From positions 1 through 64,000 of IMG/VR virus record IMGVR_UViG_3300025853_008930: 64,000 nt of DNA; one strand, written 5' to 3'. The position numbers were made by a program, and so were the translations under genes. This document shows, one piece after another, positions 20,821-29,540 of the stretch. The notes beneath the pieces were generated by a model, which made no database searches, was not told where the DNA came from, and saw nothing but the letters and a program-made list of their open reading frames with translations. Numbering within the stretch: the first letter of the stretch is position 1; every line of letters starts with the position of its first letter. The DNA comes from a virus.

Positions 20821-21017
20821 CTTTTCATCATCCTTTCAGTTTCTTTATTTATGTATTCTTCTAATTTTTCTTCTGCGAATTGTATTATTTCTTCATCACT
20901 AAAACTAACATCAACGCCTAATATTTCTGATAGTTCCCTTGTAGCCTGTTGTCTTTCTTTTTGTATTTCTATTAGTTCTTGCATTTTAGAAATCAAATTG
21001 ACAGACAAGATAATCAC
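20808..21017 (-). CDS. Hypothetical protein
   Basis: Coupled ORF in the neck region. Confidence 0.5.
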   Translation of the reverse strand: MIILSVNLISKMQELIEIQKERQQATRELSEILGVDVSFSDEEIIQFAEEKLEEYINKETERMMKRWMK

Positions 21018-22132
21018 TCCAAAAGATAAACCAAGTCACCCTTTCCTCTCAGTATATCCATTGCCTCTTTAGTTAGAATATCATATTTTTCTTTTGTAGA
21101 TATATTGCCGCCAGTTTCAGCAATCATAATTGTTTGGTCATCATGTCGTAATAATTCAGCCGCCACTAACATCGTCGTGGCTTTGTGTATAGCCGATGGC
21201 ACACGGCTTGAACCCGCAACATATGTAATAATGATAGAGTTTTGAGTATGATATGGATAGTCCCTCAAAAAGAATATTCTACCATCATCCTTGATGCTCC
21301 AAAAACTACCTAGTCTTTTCATGTCCTGTTTATCAGTAAATACTTCCGAAGTGGACTGTGAGTTCTGCCCTGCTTTATCCGCAAGTGTTATTGTGCATCC
21401 CGAACCATCTTCTCCTGCTAATAAACTTGAGATATTAATTTTATATCCGTTATCGGGGTCAATCGAAGCATAAAAGAAGTCACTTATGCTTAAATTGTTT
21501 GGAGAAGAAGACCTCTCTTTTTCTCTATTCGCCCCTGTAAATTGTGCAGTATTAGCAGGGAACTCTTCATTGATTAAATGACAAATATCTCTTGCTGTTG
21601 TCTTTGCGCCAAATCTACTATCGAATGTATTGTGTGCTGACATAGACCCTTCTGCATGGTGAAATAAAGTAAAAGTATCTCCGCCATTTGGTAATTGTAG
21701 TGTTATGCTTCTAAGGTGTTGAAAGTTGTCGGGATTTAGTGTAATGCTTGCTTGGGCTGATGCTAACTCAAGATAACTGTTGCCTTGCCAAACTTTGAGA
21801 GATATAACTTTCTTTAGTTTCATAGTTGCCAATTGTATAAACCCAACATAACCGCCATAATATGCTTGCATTGGATGTCTCACAAATTCAAAATCGTGAA
21901 ATTCATCTTTGTGTATGATAGGTCTGTATGACCGCTTTACTTTGTCATCAACAATACCTTCTATGTTTTTAATTATCTTACCGACCTGTGCTTGGCTAGG
22001 ATATGTAGAAGATGAAAAGGCAGGAACTTGTAGCATATCCGAGACAGCATCTTTGTCTGTGTAATATCCTTTTCCTGTTGCATAGTCTACATCAATAGAT
22101 GTGTAGTCACTTGGTGATGATGCTATTGCCAT
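21014..22132 (-). CDS. Head-tail adaptor-like protein with insertion
   Basis: YYTDKDAV N-terminus and ITYVAG...VPSAIHKAT C-terminus, typical of adaptors. Confidence 0.6.
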   Translation of the reverse strand: MAIASSPSDYTSIDVDYATGKGYYTDKDAVSDMLQVPAFSSSTYPSQAQVGKIIKNIEGIVDDKVKRSYRPIIHKDEFHDFEFVRHPMQAYYGGYVGFIQLATMKLKKVISLKVWQGNSYLELASAQASITLNPDNFQHLRSITLQLPNGGDTFTLFHHAEGSMSAHNTFDSRFGAKTTARDICHLINEEFPANTAQFTGANREKERSSSPNNLSISDFFYASIDPDNGYKINISSLLAGEDGSGCTITLADKAGQNSQSTSEVFTDKQDMKRLGSFWSIKDDGRIFFLRDYPYHTQNSIIITYVAGSSRVPSAIHKATTMLVAAELLRHDDQTIMIAETGGNISTKEKYDILTKEAMDILRGKGDLVYLLE

Positions 22133-22136
22133 TGTA

Positions 22137-24116
22137 TCAAACCTCTCTTTCTAATATATTTAGTTCTTCTTTGATGTCAAATATAAAATCTCTTGCCTTT
22201 CTTGTTGATTCTAAATCGGGTTGAGAATCTTTCTTATATGCCATTTGTAATTTTCTTAAGTTCACATTTTTATATTTTATAGTGCTAGGTTGTCCGTTAA
22301 ACTTACCTAAAGAGTATGTATAACTAGTTGAAGTTTCTCCATCGGAATCTTTTGCAGTAAAGGCGAATCTATCAATAACTAGTCTAAAGTCCATAACTTT
22401 AGTAACATCTCCTATGGTTTCACCAAAGTATTCTTTGTCTAATACTTTATTTGGGCTATTGTATAATACTTCTAACATTTCACTAGTTTCAGTTTCTTCT
22501 GCATCCCTAGCAGGTAAACCCTTATCGCTTTCTTTTATTCTCTTATCAATATATCTTCTTTTATTAGCCAAATAATTTTTAAATATTGGCTTCAAAAGAT
22601 TTCCGCTATCTTTACCTTTACCTAACTCAATTTCATATCTACTTTTATCGAAATCCGGCAACAACAATAGATGCTTTGCTTTTAACGGGTTATTCTTTGG
22701 ATTGTTATGTCCTATAACTCTCATTTGACTCAACATATCTCTATGTGTTGTAACAGTGTCGGCCACATTACCAAAACCTTTACCGCCTATTTTTACTTCA
22801 CTAAGAACTCTTTTTAAGTCGGCTATTGTGCCATCTTCAATAGGTTCATCAACAATCTCTTTTAAAAAATCCTTAACGAAACCTTGTGTTTTTTCTTTTT
22901 CTTTTTCGGTAGTTTCTTCTATTATTTTCTCTTCTTTTTCTCTAAAGTCTTTCTCTTCTTCGGGGCTTTCGAGTCTATCAAACATTGCATCTACTTCTTC
23001 TTCCGTAGCATCTTTAATGTATGATTCAATATCTCTCAATGCAGGGTTTCTTTCTAAAAGCAATTCTCTTAAACTATCAATATACTCATCGAATACAGGC
23101 TTAAGTTTATCTGTTTCTCTTTTAAGTTTAGAATATTCTAATGCCGCTTTTTTTCCTTCTTTCGTGTCTTCGTATTGTTTTCCAAATATTATTTCTAAAC
23201 TATCTGCCGCAGTTTTTTGTTCTCTACCTGTTGTTGTGGCTATGGGTATAACTTGTTCTCTATAAAGAGGGCTACTTTCCAAAGATAACTTTTCCTCATC
23301 TCCGCCCCCAATAGTCATTTTAGTTTCTTGTTGGATTTTTTTACTTGTTATAATGTTAGGAAGTAATATATTCCTTAAGTCTTTTTCTTCTCTAACAAAA
23401 CCTGCTGTGATTAATGCCGACGCTTTTGGATAATACTGTTGATAAGTTACCCTTTTTCCGTCTTCTTCTACCTCAACATCTTTTGTTAAATTGTCTACAT
23501 AGGCATCATTACTTAATTCATTAAATGTAATGATTTTGGTTTCTTTGTTTTTGTTTCTGTGAGACTTCTTTTCAACATTGAAAATGCTATTGCCACTAGA
23601 ATCTTTATATTTTTTAAGTTCGTCTAACTCACTTTTAGTCAAACCCTGTCTAATCTTAGATTGACTTTCTTTTGTTGCTTTGGTATCTCTAAAAACACTT
23701 GCTAGTTTTTGACTTGTTAAATCTTTTAATTTTATTTGTGCGAGTTCCTTTCCGATTTCATTAGTTTTTAAAAAATCTTCAATGTCGTCTTTTAGACGCA
23801 GTTGAAACCTATCGTCATCTATTATACCTTTTGAAACCACATTTCCCTTTTTGTTTAATTGACTTAAAAGCGATTTGTTCTTTAATGCTGACAATGCTTT
23901 TTTATAAACAGTTATGAATTTAGTTTCATCATATGCTTCAGCACCAAAGTTCTTTTCTTTTACATCATCGGGGTCTACTCTTTCAGCGTAATCTTCTGTT
24001 CCTTTTCCGGTAGAACCTTCCGCTAAATAATCAAACAAAATGAACTCGGCAAATCTTTGAGTTGCTATAGGTTGAGTCCAAGATAAAGGACTACCTTTAG
24101 CATCTTTTATTCTCAA
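22137..24116 (-). CDS. Large K/E-rich hypothetical protein
   Basis: 659-aa ORF, TTG start after GGGTGA. Confidence 0.6.
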   Translation of the reverse strand: MRIKDAKGSPLSWTQPIATQRFAEFILFDYLAEGSTGKGTEDYAERVDPDDVKEKNFGAEAYDETKFITVYKKALSALKNKSLLSQLNKKGNVVSKGIIDDDRFQLRLKDDIEDFLKTNEIGKELAQIKLKDLTSQKLASVFRDTKATKESQSKIRQGLTKSELDELKKYKDSSGNSIFNVEKKSHRNKNKETKIITFNELSNDAYVDNLTKDVEVEEDGKRVTYQQYYPKASALITAGFVREEKDLRNILLPNIITSKKIQQETKMTIGGGDEEKLSLESSPLYREQVIPIATTTGREQKTAADSLEIIFGKQYEDTKEGKKAALEYSKLKRETDKLKPVFDEYIDSLRELLLERNPALRDIESYIKDATEEEVDAMFDRLESPEEEKDFREKEEKIIEETTEKEKEKTQGFVKDFLKEIVDEPIEDGTIADLKRVLSEVKIGGKGFGNVADTVTTHRDMLSQMRVIGHNNPKNNPLKAKHLLLLPDFDKSRYEIELGKGKDSGNLLKPIFKNYLANKRRYIDKRIKESDKGLPARDAEETETSEMLEVLYNSPNKVLDKEYFGETIGDVTKVMDFRLVIDRFAFTAKDSDGETSTSYTYSLGKFNGQPSTIKYKNVNLRKLQMAYKKDSQPDLESTRKARDFIFDIKEELNILEREV

Positions 24117-24128
24117 AAAGAATCACCC

Positions 24129-24812
24129 TCACATTAACCATTTAGCCCAAGCCGCACCCTTTTGTATAGCACTACCTAAACCTAATCCGCTTTGTGGAGG
24201 TTCGTAACTCATCTGTCCTTGAGCATCTATCCAATATGGCCTTCCATAATTATCAGTTCCCGATGGTGGAATAGGATAGCCACTACCATTATTCATAGCA
24301 CCTTGCATTTGATTATATTGTTGCATGTTACCTGTTAATCCTGCTACTGCGGAAGCGGCTGTTGGTTGTGCCATTTGTTGCATTTGCATACCACCGCCAC
24401 CACTAAATCCTTGAGATTCTAGGTATTGTTGCTTTGCTAACTTTCTTTGATTGACAACTTCTGTATTGATTGCCGCATCTAATATGTTCTTAATATCTAA
24501 CTCAATGTTTTCTTGAGTAATCTTTTCAAATTCTCTCATTGCATCATTGTGTATCTTTAACATACCTGTTGTAGAATCAGTTGTAAATTGTAACTTAGCC
24601 AACATCTTGCTAACTACTCTTTCTACAACATCTTCCATAAGTTTCTCCATCTGTGTCAAAAACATTTGACCATGATATTGAAAGAACTCTTCGACATGAT
24701 TATCTTGTAAAGAAAGTAAGTTATTTACATTCTTGAATTGTTGGTCACTTTGTTGCTGAACTGCACCTAAAACTGTGCCATTACTTGTTCCGAATATTCC
24801 CATGTTACTCAC
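24129..24812 (-). CDS. Q/M/G-rich protein with coiled coil and amphipathic C-terminus
   Basis: ORF composition; ends GAAWAKWLM. Confidence 0.6.
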   Translation of the reverse strand: MSNMGIFGTSNGTVLGAVQQQSDQQFKNVNNLLSLQDNHVEEFFQYHGQMFLTQMEKLMEDVVERVVSKMLAKLQFTTDSTTGMLKIHNDAMREFEKITQENIELDIKNILDAAINTEVVNQRKLAKQQYLESQGFSGGGGMQMQQMAQPTAASAVAGLTGNMQQYNQMQGAMNNGSGYPIPPSGTDNYGRPYWIDAQGQMSYEPPQSGLGLGSAIQKGAAWAKWLM

Positions 24813-25437
24813 CCTTCGCTCCCTTTAATAAATGATTTATCCTTTCTGTATTTAATTGTATTTCAGTATTCAATCTTACTATTTCTGCCAGTTGTGTTTC
24901 TTCGTCTGCTATTGGAGTTGGTGGCGTTATAGTCCATCCCATGCTAGTCAGCCTCATAACATCTTCTTTTGTTAAGTCAGTTATTTGTTGTCTTTTCAAC
25001 ATAGAGGGCATTTTCGCTTTAGGAATAAATGCCTTGAAATCTAATCCGTGTTCATCTGCTAATATTTGTTGTTGTAGCATTTCCATTTGCTTATGGATAG
25101 CCGCATGTCTAGGACAATAAGTTCCTCTAAGTGGTCTTCCTTTCTCTACTTTATCTAATGGTATTGGTGGTCTTAGATAATCACCGGACTCCCAAACATG
25201 GTGAGTTCCGCATACTACACATCTATCTTTAAAGTTAAACTTGTGACCATATCTTAAGAAAAGAATTTTTTTCTTTTCCGGCAACAATACTTTTCTTATT
25301 TCTTTCATTTGCTTCTTTGGCTTTAGCGCATCAAACTTATAATCTTCAATTGGCCCAATTGCTCTATACTGTTGTAGTTTAGGCAAAAAAGCGTTCTTTG
25401 CTTGTTGCGTGTTTATCAAATTCGGTTGCTGATACAT
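24805..25437 (-). CDS. Zinc-finger and coiled-coil protein
   Basis: CVVC...YCPRH; C-terminal heptads. Confidence 0.6.
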   Translation of the reverse strand: MYQQPNLINTQQAKNAFLPKLQQYRAIGPIEDYKFDALKPKKQMKEIRKVLLPEKKKILFLRYGHKFNFKDRCVVCGTHHVWESGDYLRPPIPLDKVEKGRPLRGTYCPRHAAIHKQMEMLQQQILADEHGLDFKAFIPKAKMPSMLKRQQITDLTKEDVMRLTSMGWTITPPTPIADEETQLAEIVRLNTEIQLNTERINHLLKGAKGE

Positions 25438-25440
25438 CTT

Positions 25441-26007
25441 TCATTCCTCTAAATTCTTTCTCCAATTCTTCGATTCTCTTACTTCTTCTACTTGTTCGGG
25501 TGTAAGATACATAGCAGGGTGAATATTTGCTCCCATCATACCGAATCTTTCAATTATTTCTTTTTGCTTTTCATTAACAAATTGCTTTACTTGTGGATTT
25601 TCTTCAAAGACATATATTTCAATATGAGAGGGGTCGCCATATTGACCTAAAGCATGAAAATAAATAACATCTGTAGGAAGATTAAATAAATAATCTTCCC
25701 CTAATCTTTCTTTATCTTGTTCATCAATACCATAATATGTAATTGCATCAACTTGATTATCTATTGCCCCTCCCCCAATATCTTCTCCTCCAAAATCACC
25801 ATCTATTAAATCTCTCAATATCATATCTTTAGCAATATTGACTGAATATTCTTTTGACATATAAATAATCATACGCTGAGAATCCGAAAATACCTTACTG
25901 TCTTTCCCGTATATTCTTTTAAGTTCATCTAATATTTCTTTGGTTAAATCACCAAGATATTTTTGAGCCGAAGCCCTATCCATTCTTTTTAATATATTGA
26001 ACCACAT
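25441..26007 (-). CDS. WxxILK-leader accessory protein
   Basis: Starts MWFNILK. Confidence 0.6.
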   Translation of the reverse strand: MWFNILKRMDRASAQKYLGDLTKEILDELKRIYGKDSKVFSDSQRMIIYMSKEYSVNIAKDMILRDLIDGDFGGEDIGGGAIDNQVDAITYYGIDEQDKERLGEDYLFNLPTDVIYFHALGQYGDPSHIEIYVFEENPQVKQFVNEKQKEIIERFGMMGANIHPAMYLTPEQVEEVRESKNWRKNLEE

Positions 26008-26012
26008 AATAA

Positions 26013-26675
26013 TCAATAATCCTTTATCATACTAGTTATTCCTTTATACACCATTTCGGGGTCGGACTTTGCTGATACTATGTATTTGAAACAAGGTATG
26101 CCCTTGTCATTCAACTGCCTCATCCCGTATGTAAATGGTTCAAATATTTCATGTTTATCTATGGGCTTATCGCTTTTATATTTCTCTCCCCACATATCAT
26201 ATTTGTTAGCCCATATTCCGACAGCCATAGGATAATCCACTTCTTTTTTCTTTTTACCCGAAGGCCACCTATCTGCTACAATGGTATCTACTAAAAACTT
26301 CCATGCTAATTGATGGTCTAAATTAGAAGGTGAATCTAAATGTCTATGGTCTATCATGAAAATAATATACTTTACTCTACGCTTCTGCATATCTTTAACC
26401 CATTCTTTCCAATAGATTGCTTCGCCTCCTAAGTCAGCACTTTTAATTGTATGAGAATTTCCATCAATCTTAACATTCTTTCTAGTGGCTCTATGTAAGC
26501 CAACCGTTCTTTCGCTTATTGTAGGAACTTCCCCCCTTGTTCTAAGTTGGTGGCTTAAGGTTGTTTTACCAACCATTGTAGAACCGTAAACTCCAAAGTT
26601 AATTGCATGAACTTTTTTGTAAAAACCTATTATGGCTTCACCAACAAGAATAGCAAAGCCTGTCATTATGGACAT
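26013..26675 (-). CDS. Ras/Arf-superfamily small GTPase with hydrophobic N-terminal helix
   Basis: G1 GSTMVGKT, G2 T, G3 DLGG, G4 NKYD, G5 SAK. Confidence 0.85.
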   Translation of the reverse strand: MSIMTGFAILVGEAIIGFYKKVHAINFGVYGSTMVGKTTLSHQLRTRGEVPTISERTVGLHRATRKNVKIDGNSHTIKSADLGGEAIYWKEWVKDMQKRRVKYIIFMIDHRHLDSPSNLDHQLAWKFLVDTIVADRWPSGKKKKEVDYPMAVGIWANKYDMWGEKYKSDKPIDKHEIFEPFTYGMRQLNDKGIPCFKYIVSAKSDPEMVYKGITSMIKDY

Positions 26676-26680
26676 TTTAT

Positions 26681-27202
26681 TCACCCAAAATATTTTTCTA
26701 ACATTTTTTTCATATGCTCTTTTGTTTCCATTACATCTTCATCTAGCGATAGTTCCATCCCTGCCGCACTTCTAAAATACCCTGTAATTTTAGGATAGTC
26801 ATATTCTGTTGCATCATCTATTAAATTCATTAACTCCGTCGCTTTCTTTTTTACTACTTTGTCGGGTAGATATTTATATTCTATATCTTCGTCGTGAGAA
26901 ATACCTCTAGGCATTCCCATTTCTTTTTTGTTTCTTATGTTTCTATTAACAGTGTATTCTCCATCGCCTTCTAGCCATTTTTCTTTATTTGTTTTCAAGG
27001 CTTGCTTTATCATGGGTTTTCCTTCATCTTTTATTGAATAAATTTTAGAACCAAAAAAAGCATAAATTAATGCTTCATCTAAAGAAGGAGTCCAATATCG
27101 AGTATCTTCTTTTCCCTGTGTTCCTTGAAACAACTTACTGTAAGCATTAACATAATCTTTTGATTGTATTTTGTAAGGTGCTTTTAAAATATTTTTCCAC
27201 AT
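26681..27202 (-). CDS. WxxILK-leader protein, possible ADP-ribosyltransferase fold
   Basis: MWKNILK; LFQGT...YWTPSLDEALIYA...GEY resembles the HGT/Y-T..A..YA/E ART motifs. Confidence 0.4.
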   Translation of the reverse strand: MWKNILKAPYKIQSKDYVNAYSKLFQGTQGKEDTRYWTPSLDEALIYAFFGSKIYSIKDEGKPMIKQALKTNKEKWLEGDGEYTVNRNIRNKKEMGMPRGISHDEDIEYKYLPDKVVKKKATELMNLIDDATEYDYPKITGYFRSAAGMELSLDEDVMETKEHMKKMLEKYFG

Positions 27203-27539
27203 ATTAATGCCCCCAAATATCCATTTTATTCACCTATGAATACATCTAAACCTACAAAATCCCCGTCTATTTGTTTTTCATAGTTCCAAAAAATCTCACC
27301 GTTAAACTCATCTTCATCCGCATATCTCAATTTCCAACCTAACTCATTTAATTTTTTATTTAGTTTATCCCAATCTACATCTAAAGGAAACAACAAATCA
27401 ATATCTTTTGGGTCTTCCTTTTTACCAACCGAACCCACTATTTTAGGTTTAAAATATTCTAAATCTTTTAACAATTGATTAGCAATAGAGACATAATTTT
27501 TAAGAATATTTTTCCACATATTAATGCCCCCAAATATCC
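27188..27539. repeat. 35-bp perfect direct repeat (27188-27222 and 27505-27539)
   Basis: AATATTTTTCCACATATTAATGCCCCCAAATATCC occurs twice. Confidence 0.9.
27226..27519 (-). CDS. WxxILK-leader minimal nucleotidyltransferase (Pol-beta superfamily)
   Basis: MWKNILK; IVGS...KDIDLL...LDVF catalytic pattern. Confidence 0.65.
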   Translation of the reverse strand: MWKNILKNYVSIANQLLKDLEYFKPKIVGSVGKKEDPKDIDLLFPLDVDWDKLNKKLNELGWKLRYADEDEFNGEIFWNYEKQIDGDFVGLDVFIGE

Positions 27540-27739
27540 TTAGCCCTCTCTATAATCCAACCCATTATATTGATGTCAAAGACTCCCATGATATTACCTA
27601 TCAAAAACGATGATAAGGCCGCACAAGAACCCCAAAAATACATCTTCATTTTTATAAAGAACATATCTGCTGAATGCGCCCGACTTTGATTATACACATA
27701 GTCGGACTCACTAAAGCCCATTATGTCGCCAAAGACCAA
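27521..27739 (-). CDS. Small membrane protein
   Basis: Hydrophobic stretch YFWGSCAALSSFLIGNIMGVF. Confidence 0.6.
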   Translation of the reverse strand: MVFGDIMGFSESDYVYNQSRAHSADMFFIKMKMYFWGSCAALSSFLIGNIMGVFDINIMGWIIERAKDIWGH

Positions 27740-27750
27740 TCAACCACAAC

Positions 27751-28158
27751 CTATTGTTGTATAGTCGCTAAGAATTCATTACCTATTGTATTGTCGTCGT
27801 ATTCTTCGTTAGCCATTACTCCGCCTCGCCATGATTCACGCCTTACTGTTCCGTATTGCTTCATGCTTTCTTGTAGTTTAGCCTTGATTTGTTCTTCCCT
27901 TTGTAGTCTTTGGAAGTGATTTTCTATTTGTCTGTCTAGTAACCTAATCTCAATCTTATCATTTAGTGATAGGTCAAACAATGCTTTCATAACCATTATT
28001 CCACCAACTGTAATAAGACCAAACAAAACAGAATGTGCTAATGCCGTATAAGGAAAGTTCATTCCATATGTAGAATAGAAATATACATTCGCTCCGCTAA
28101 CTGTTCCGACAAATAAAATTGTCATAATCAACCTTGTATCTTGACTTAGTGCCGCCAT
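27751..28158 (-). CDS. Two-TM membrane protein with coiled coil
   Basis: Two hydrophobic helices, then a heptad region. Confidence 0.65.
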   Translation of the reverse strand: MAALSQDTRLIMTILFVGTVSGANVYFYSTYGMNFPYTALAHSVLFGLITVGGIMVMKALFDLSLNDKIEIRLLDRQIENHFQRLQREEQIKAKLQESMKQYGTVRRESWRGGVMANEEYDDNTIGNEFLATIQQ

Positions 28159-28167
28159 AATAAAACC

Positions 28168-28473
28168 TCAGTTGAACTCGACTGAAACATTGGCTGTAGA
28201 AATTCCTGCTTCTGTTACTTCCAAAAATATTCCGTTTCTACACAAAACACCATGCATATCGTATTCAAGATTGTAATGTCCTGTAACTGCATGATGTATT
28301 CTAGCAACTTCTGTTCCTGTGTTATCTGTTCCGTTGAAAACCTTAACTGTAACTGCCGCATTAGAAGCAATTGTGATTGCCGCATGAATGCTAATTAACT
28401 TAGCACCTTCATTGCTTACAACCGCACTTGCACCTAATACGCCACTACTTCTACAACCGCCTATGCCTGTCAT
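28168..28473 (-). CDS. Small beta-rich virion protein
   Basis: Composition and head-module context. Confidence 0.45.
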   Translation of the reverse strand: MTGIGGCRSSGVLGASAVVSNEGAKLISIHAAITIASNAAVTVKVFNGTDNTGTEVARIHHAVTGHYNLEYDMHGVLCRNGIFLEVTEAGISTANVSVEFN

Positions 28474-28525
28474 ACTCTCACCTGTTCAATTGACGGAGAT
28501 AGACTCCACCTATTTAATGTAGCGA

Positions 28526-28870
28526 TTACTCTTTCTTTGTTTTAGAAGGAGTTTTTGCTTTTGGTTTAGGCTTTGGTTTAGGTTTAGGCTTAGGCTTCTC
28601 TTTCTTAGGGAGAAGTTCATCTGCTAATTGTTTAGCAGTTGAAATATCCTTACCTGTTTCCTTACAACCCATTAGAACAAGTTTTTCATTAAGTGCTAAT
28701 AACTCTTCACGGTCTTCTTCACCGAAAGTAAAGAAATAATTTGGGTCGGAAAGACGAAGGACAGCCCATTTTACCGAGACTGTCGCTTCTTCTTTCCTTG
28801 TTATTTCTTGCTTTGGTGTAATGTTAAGTCTACCGATTTTTGAATTATCAGATAATCTAACTGTTACCAA
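28526..28870 (-). CDS. Hypothetical protein with KP-repeat tail
   Basis: KPKPKPKPKPKPKAK. Confidence 0.6.
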   Translation of the reverse strand: MVTVRLSDNSKIGRLNITPKQEITRKEEATVSVKWAVLRLSDPNYFFTFGEEDREELLALNEKLVLMGCKETGKDISTAKQLADELLPKKEKPKPKPKPKPKPKAKTPSKTKKE

Positions 28871-28880
28871 TCAAGCCACC

Positions 28881-29243
28881 TCAAAGGTTGCCCCAAACTC
28901 TTACTCTTACGCTCATGTCAGTAATATTTCCGGTAGCGGCCGCATTTGTTCCGTCGTTTGCTACAAAAACTAATGCAAATTGTGTGCTACTTTCATATTC
29001 ACCTGCGGAATTTACAGGATGGTTTCCTACTTCAACATAGGCTTGGTAAGTAGCAGAAAGACCGTTTCCGGTTATTGCTACACAATGAACTGTGCTTAGT
29101 CCGAAAGAACTAGCCTCTATTACTTCTCCACCGCTTGTTGCGTCTGTTACTCTAACATAACCATCAACTACATATTCATTACCGCTAACTTTAGGTCGTG
29201 TAATGCCATTATGGTCAGGTAATAATGCTACTGTATGTGTCAT
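28881..29243 (-). CDS. Putative capsid decoration/minor protein
   Basis: Beta-rich, downstream of the MCP gene. Confidence 0.45.
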   Translation of the reverse strand: MTHTVALLPDHNGITRPKVSGNEYVVDGYVRVTDATSGGEVIEASSFGLSTVHCVAITGNGLSATYQAYVEVGNHPVNSAGEYESSTQFALVFVANDGTNAAATGNITDMSVRVRVWGNL

Positions 29244-29254
29244 TATTAATCACC

Positions 29255-29518
29255 TTACTGTCCAATAGCCATGAAATAAACTACATCACCGCTAACACAA
29301 TGTATTGCTACATCACCACTTTCTAGTGGTAAATCTGCATTAACTACTGCTGTTGCCGCTTCTTCTGCACTTCCCTTGTGGGTAAATACAAGACTTTCAA
29401 CTAGTGATAGCCCAGTTTCAATGTTTCCATCGGTGCTATCCGAAGTAGTTTGACCACAAACTATCTTTCTGTTTCCTTCTAAATTCATTTCTAAATGTAT
29501 TACTGTTGCAAATGCCAT
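29255..29518 (-). CDS. Putative capsid decoration/minor protein
   Basis: Beta-rich, directly downstream of the MCP gene. Confidence 0.45.
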   Translation of the reverse strand: MAFATVIHLEMNLEGNRKIVCGQTTSDSTDGNIETGLSLVESLVFTHKGSAEEAATAVVNADLPLESGDVAIHCVSGDVVYFMAIGQ

Positions 29519-29540
29519 ATATATCCTCTCCTTTTTTTCC

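Noticed and set aside
28555-28600. Tandem GGTTTA-like repeat
   Set aside because: It simply encodes a Lys-Pro linker.
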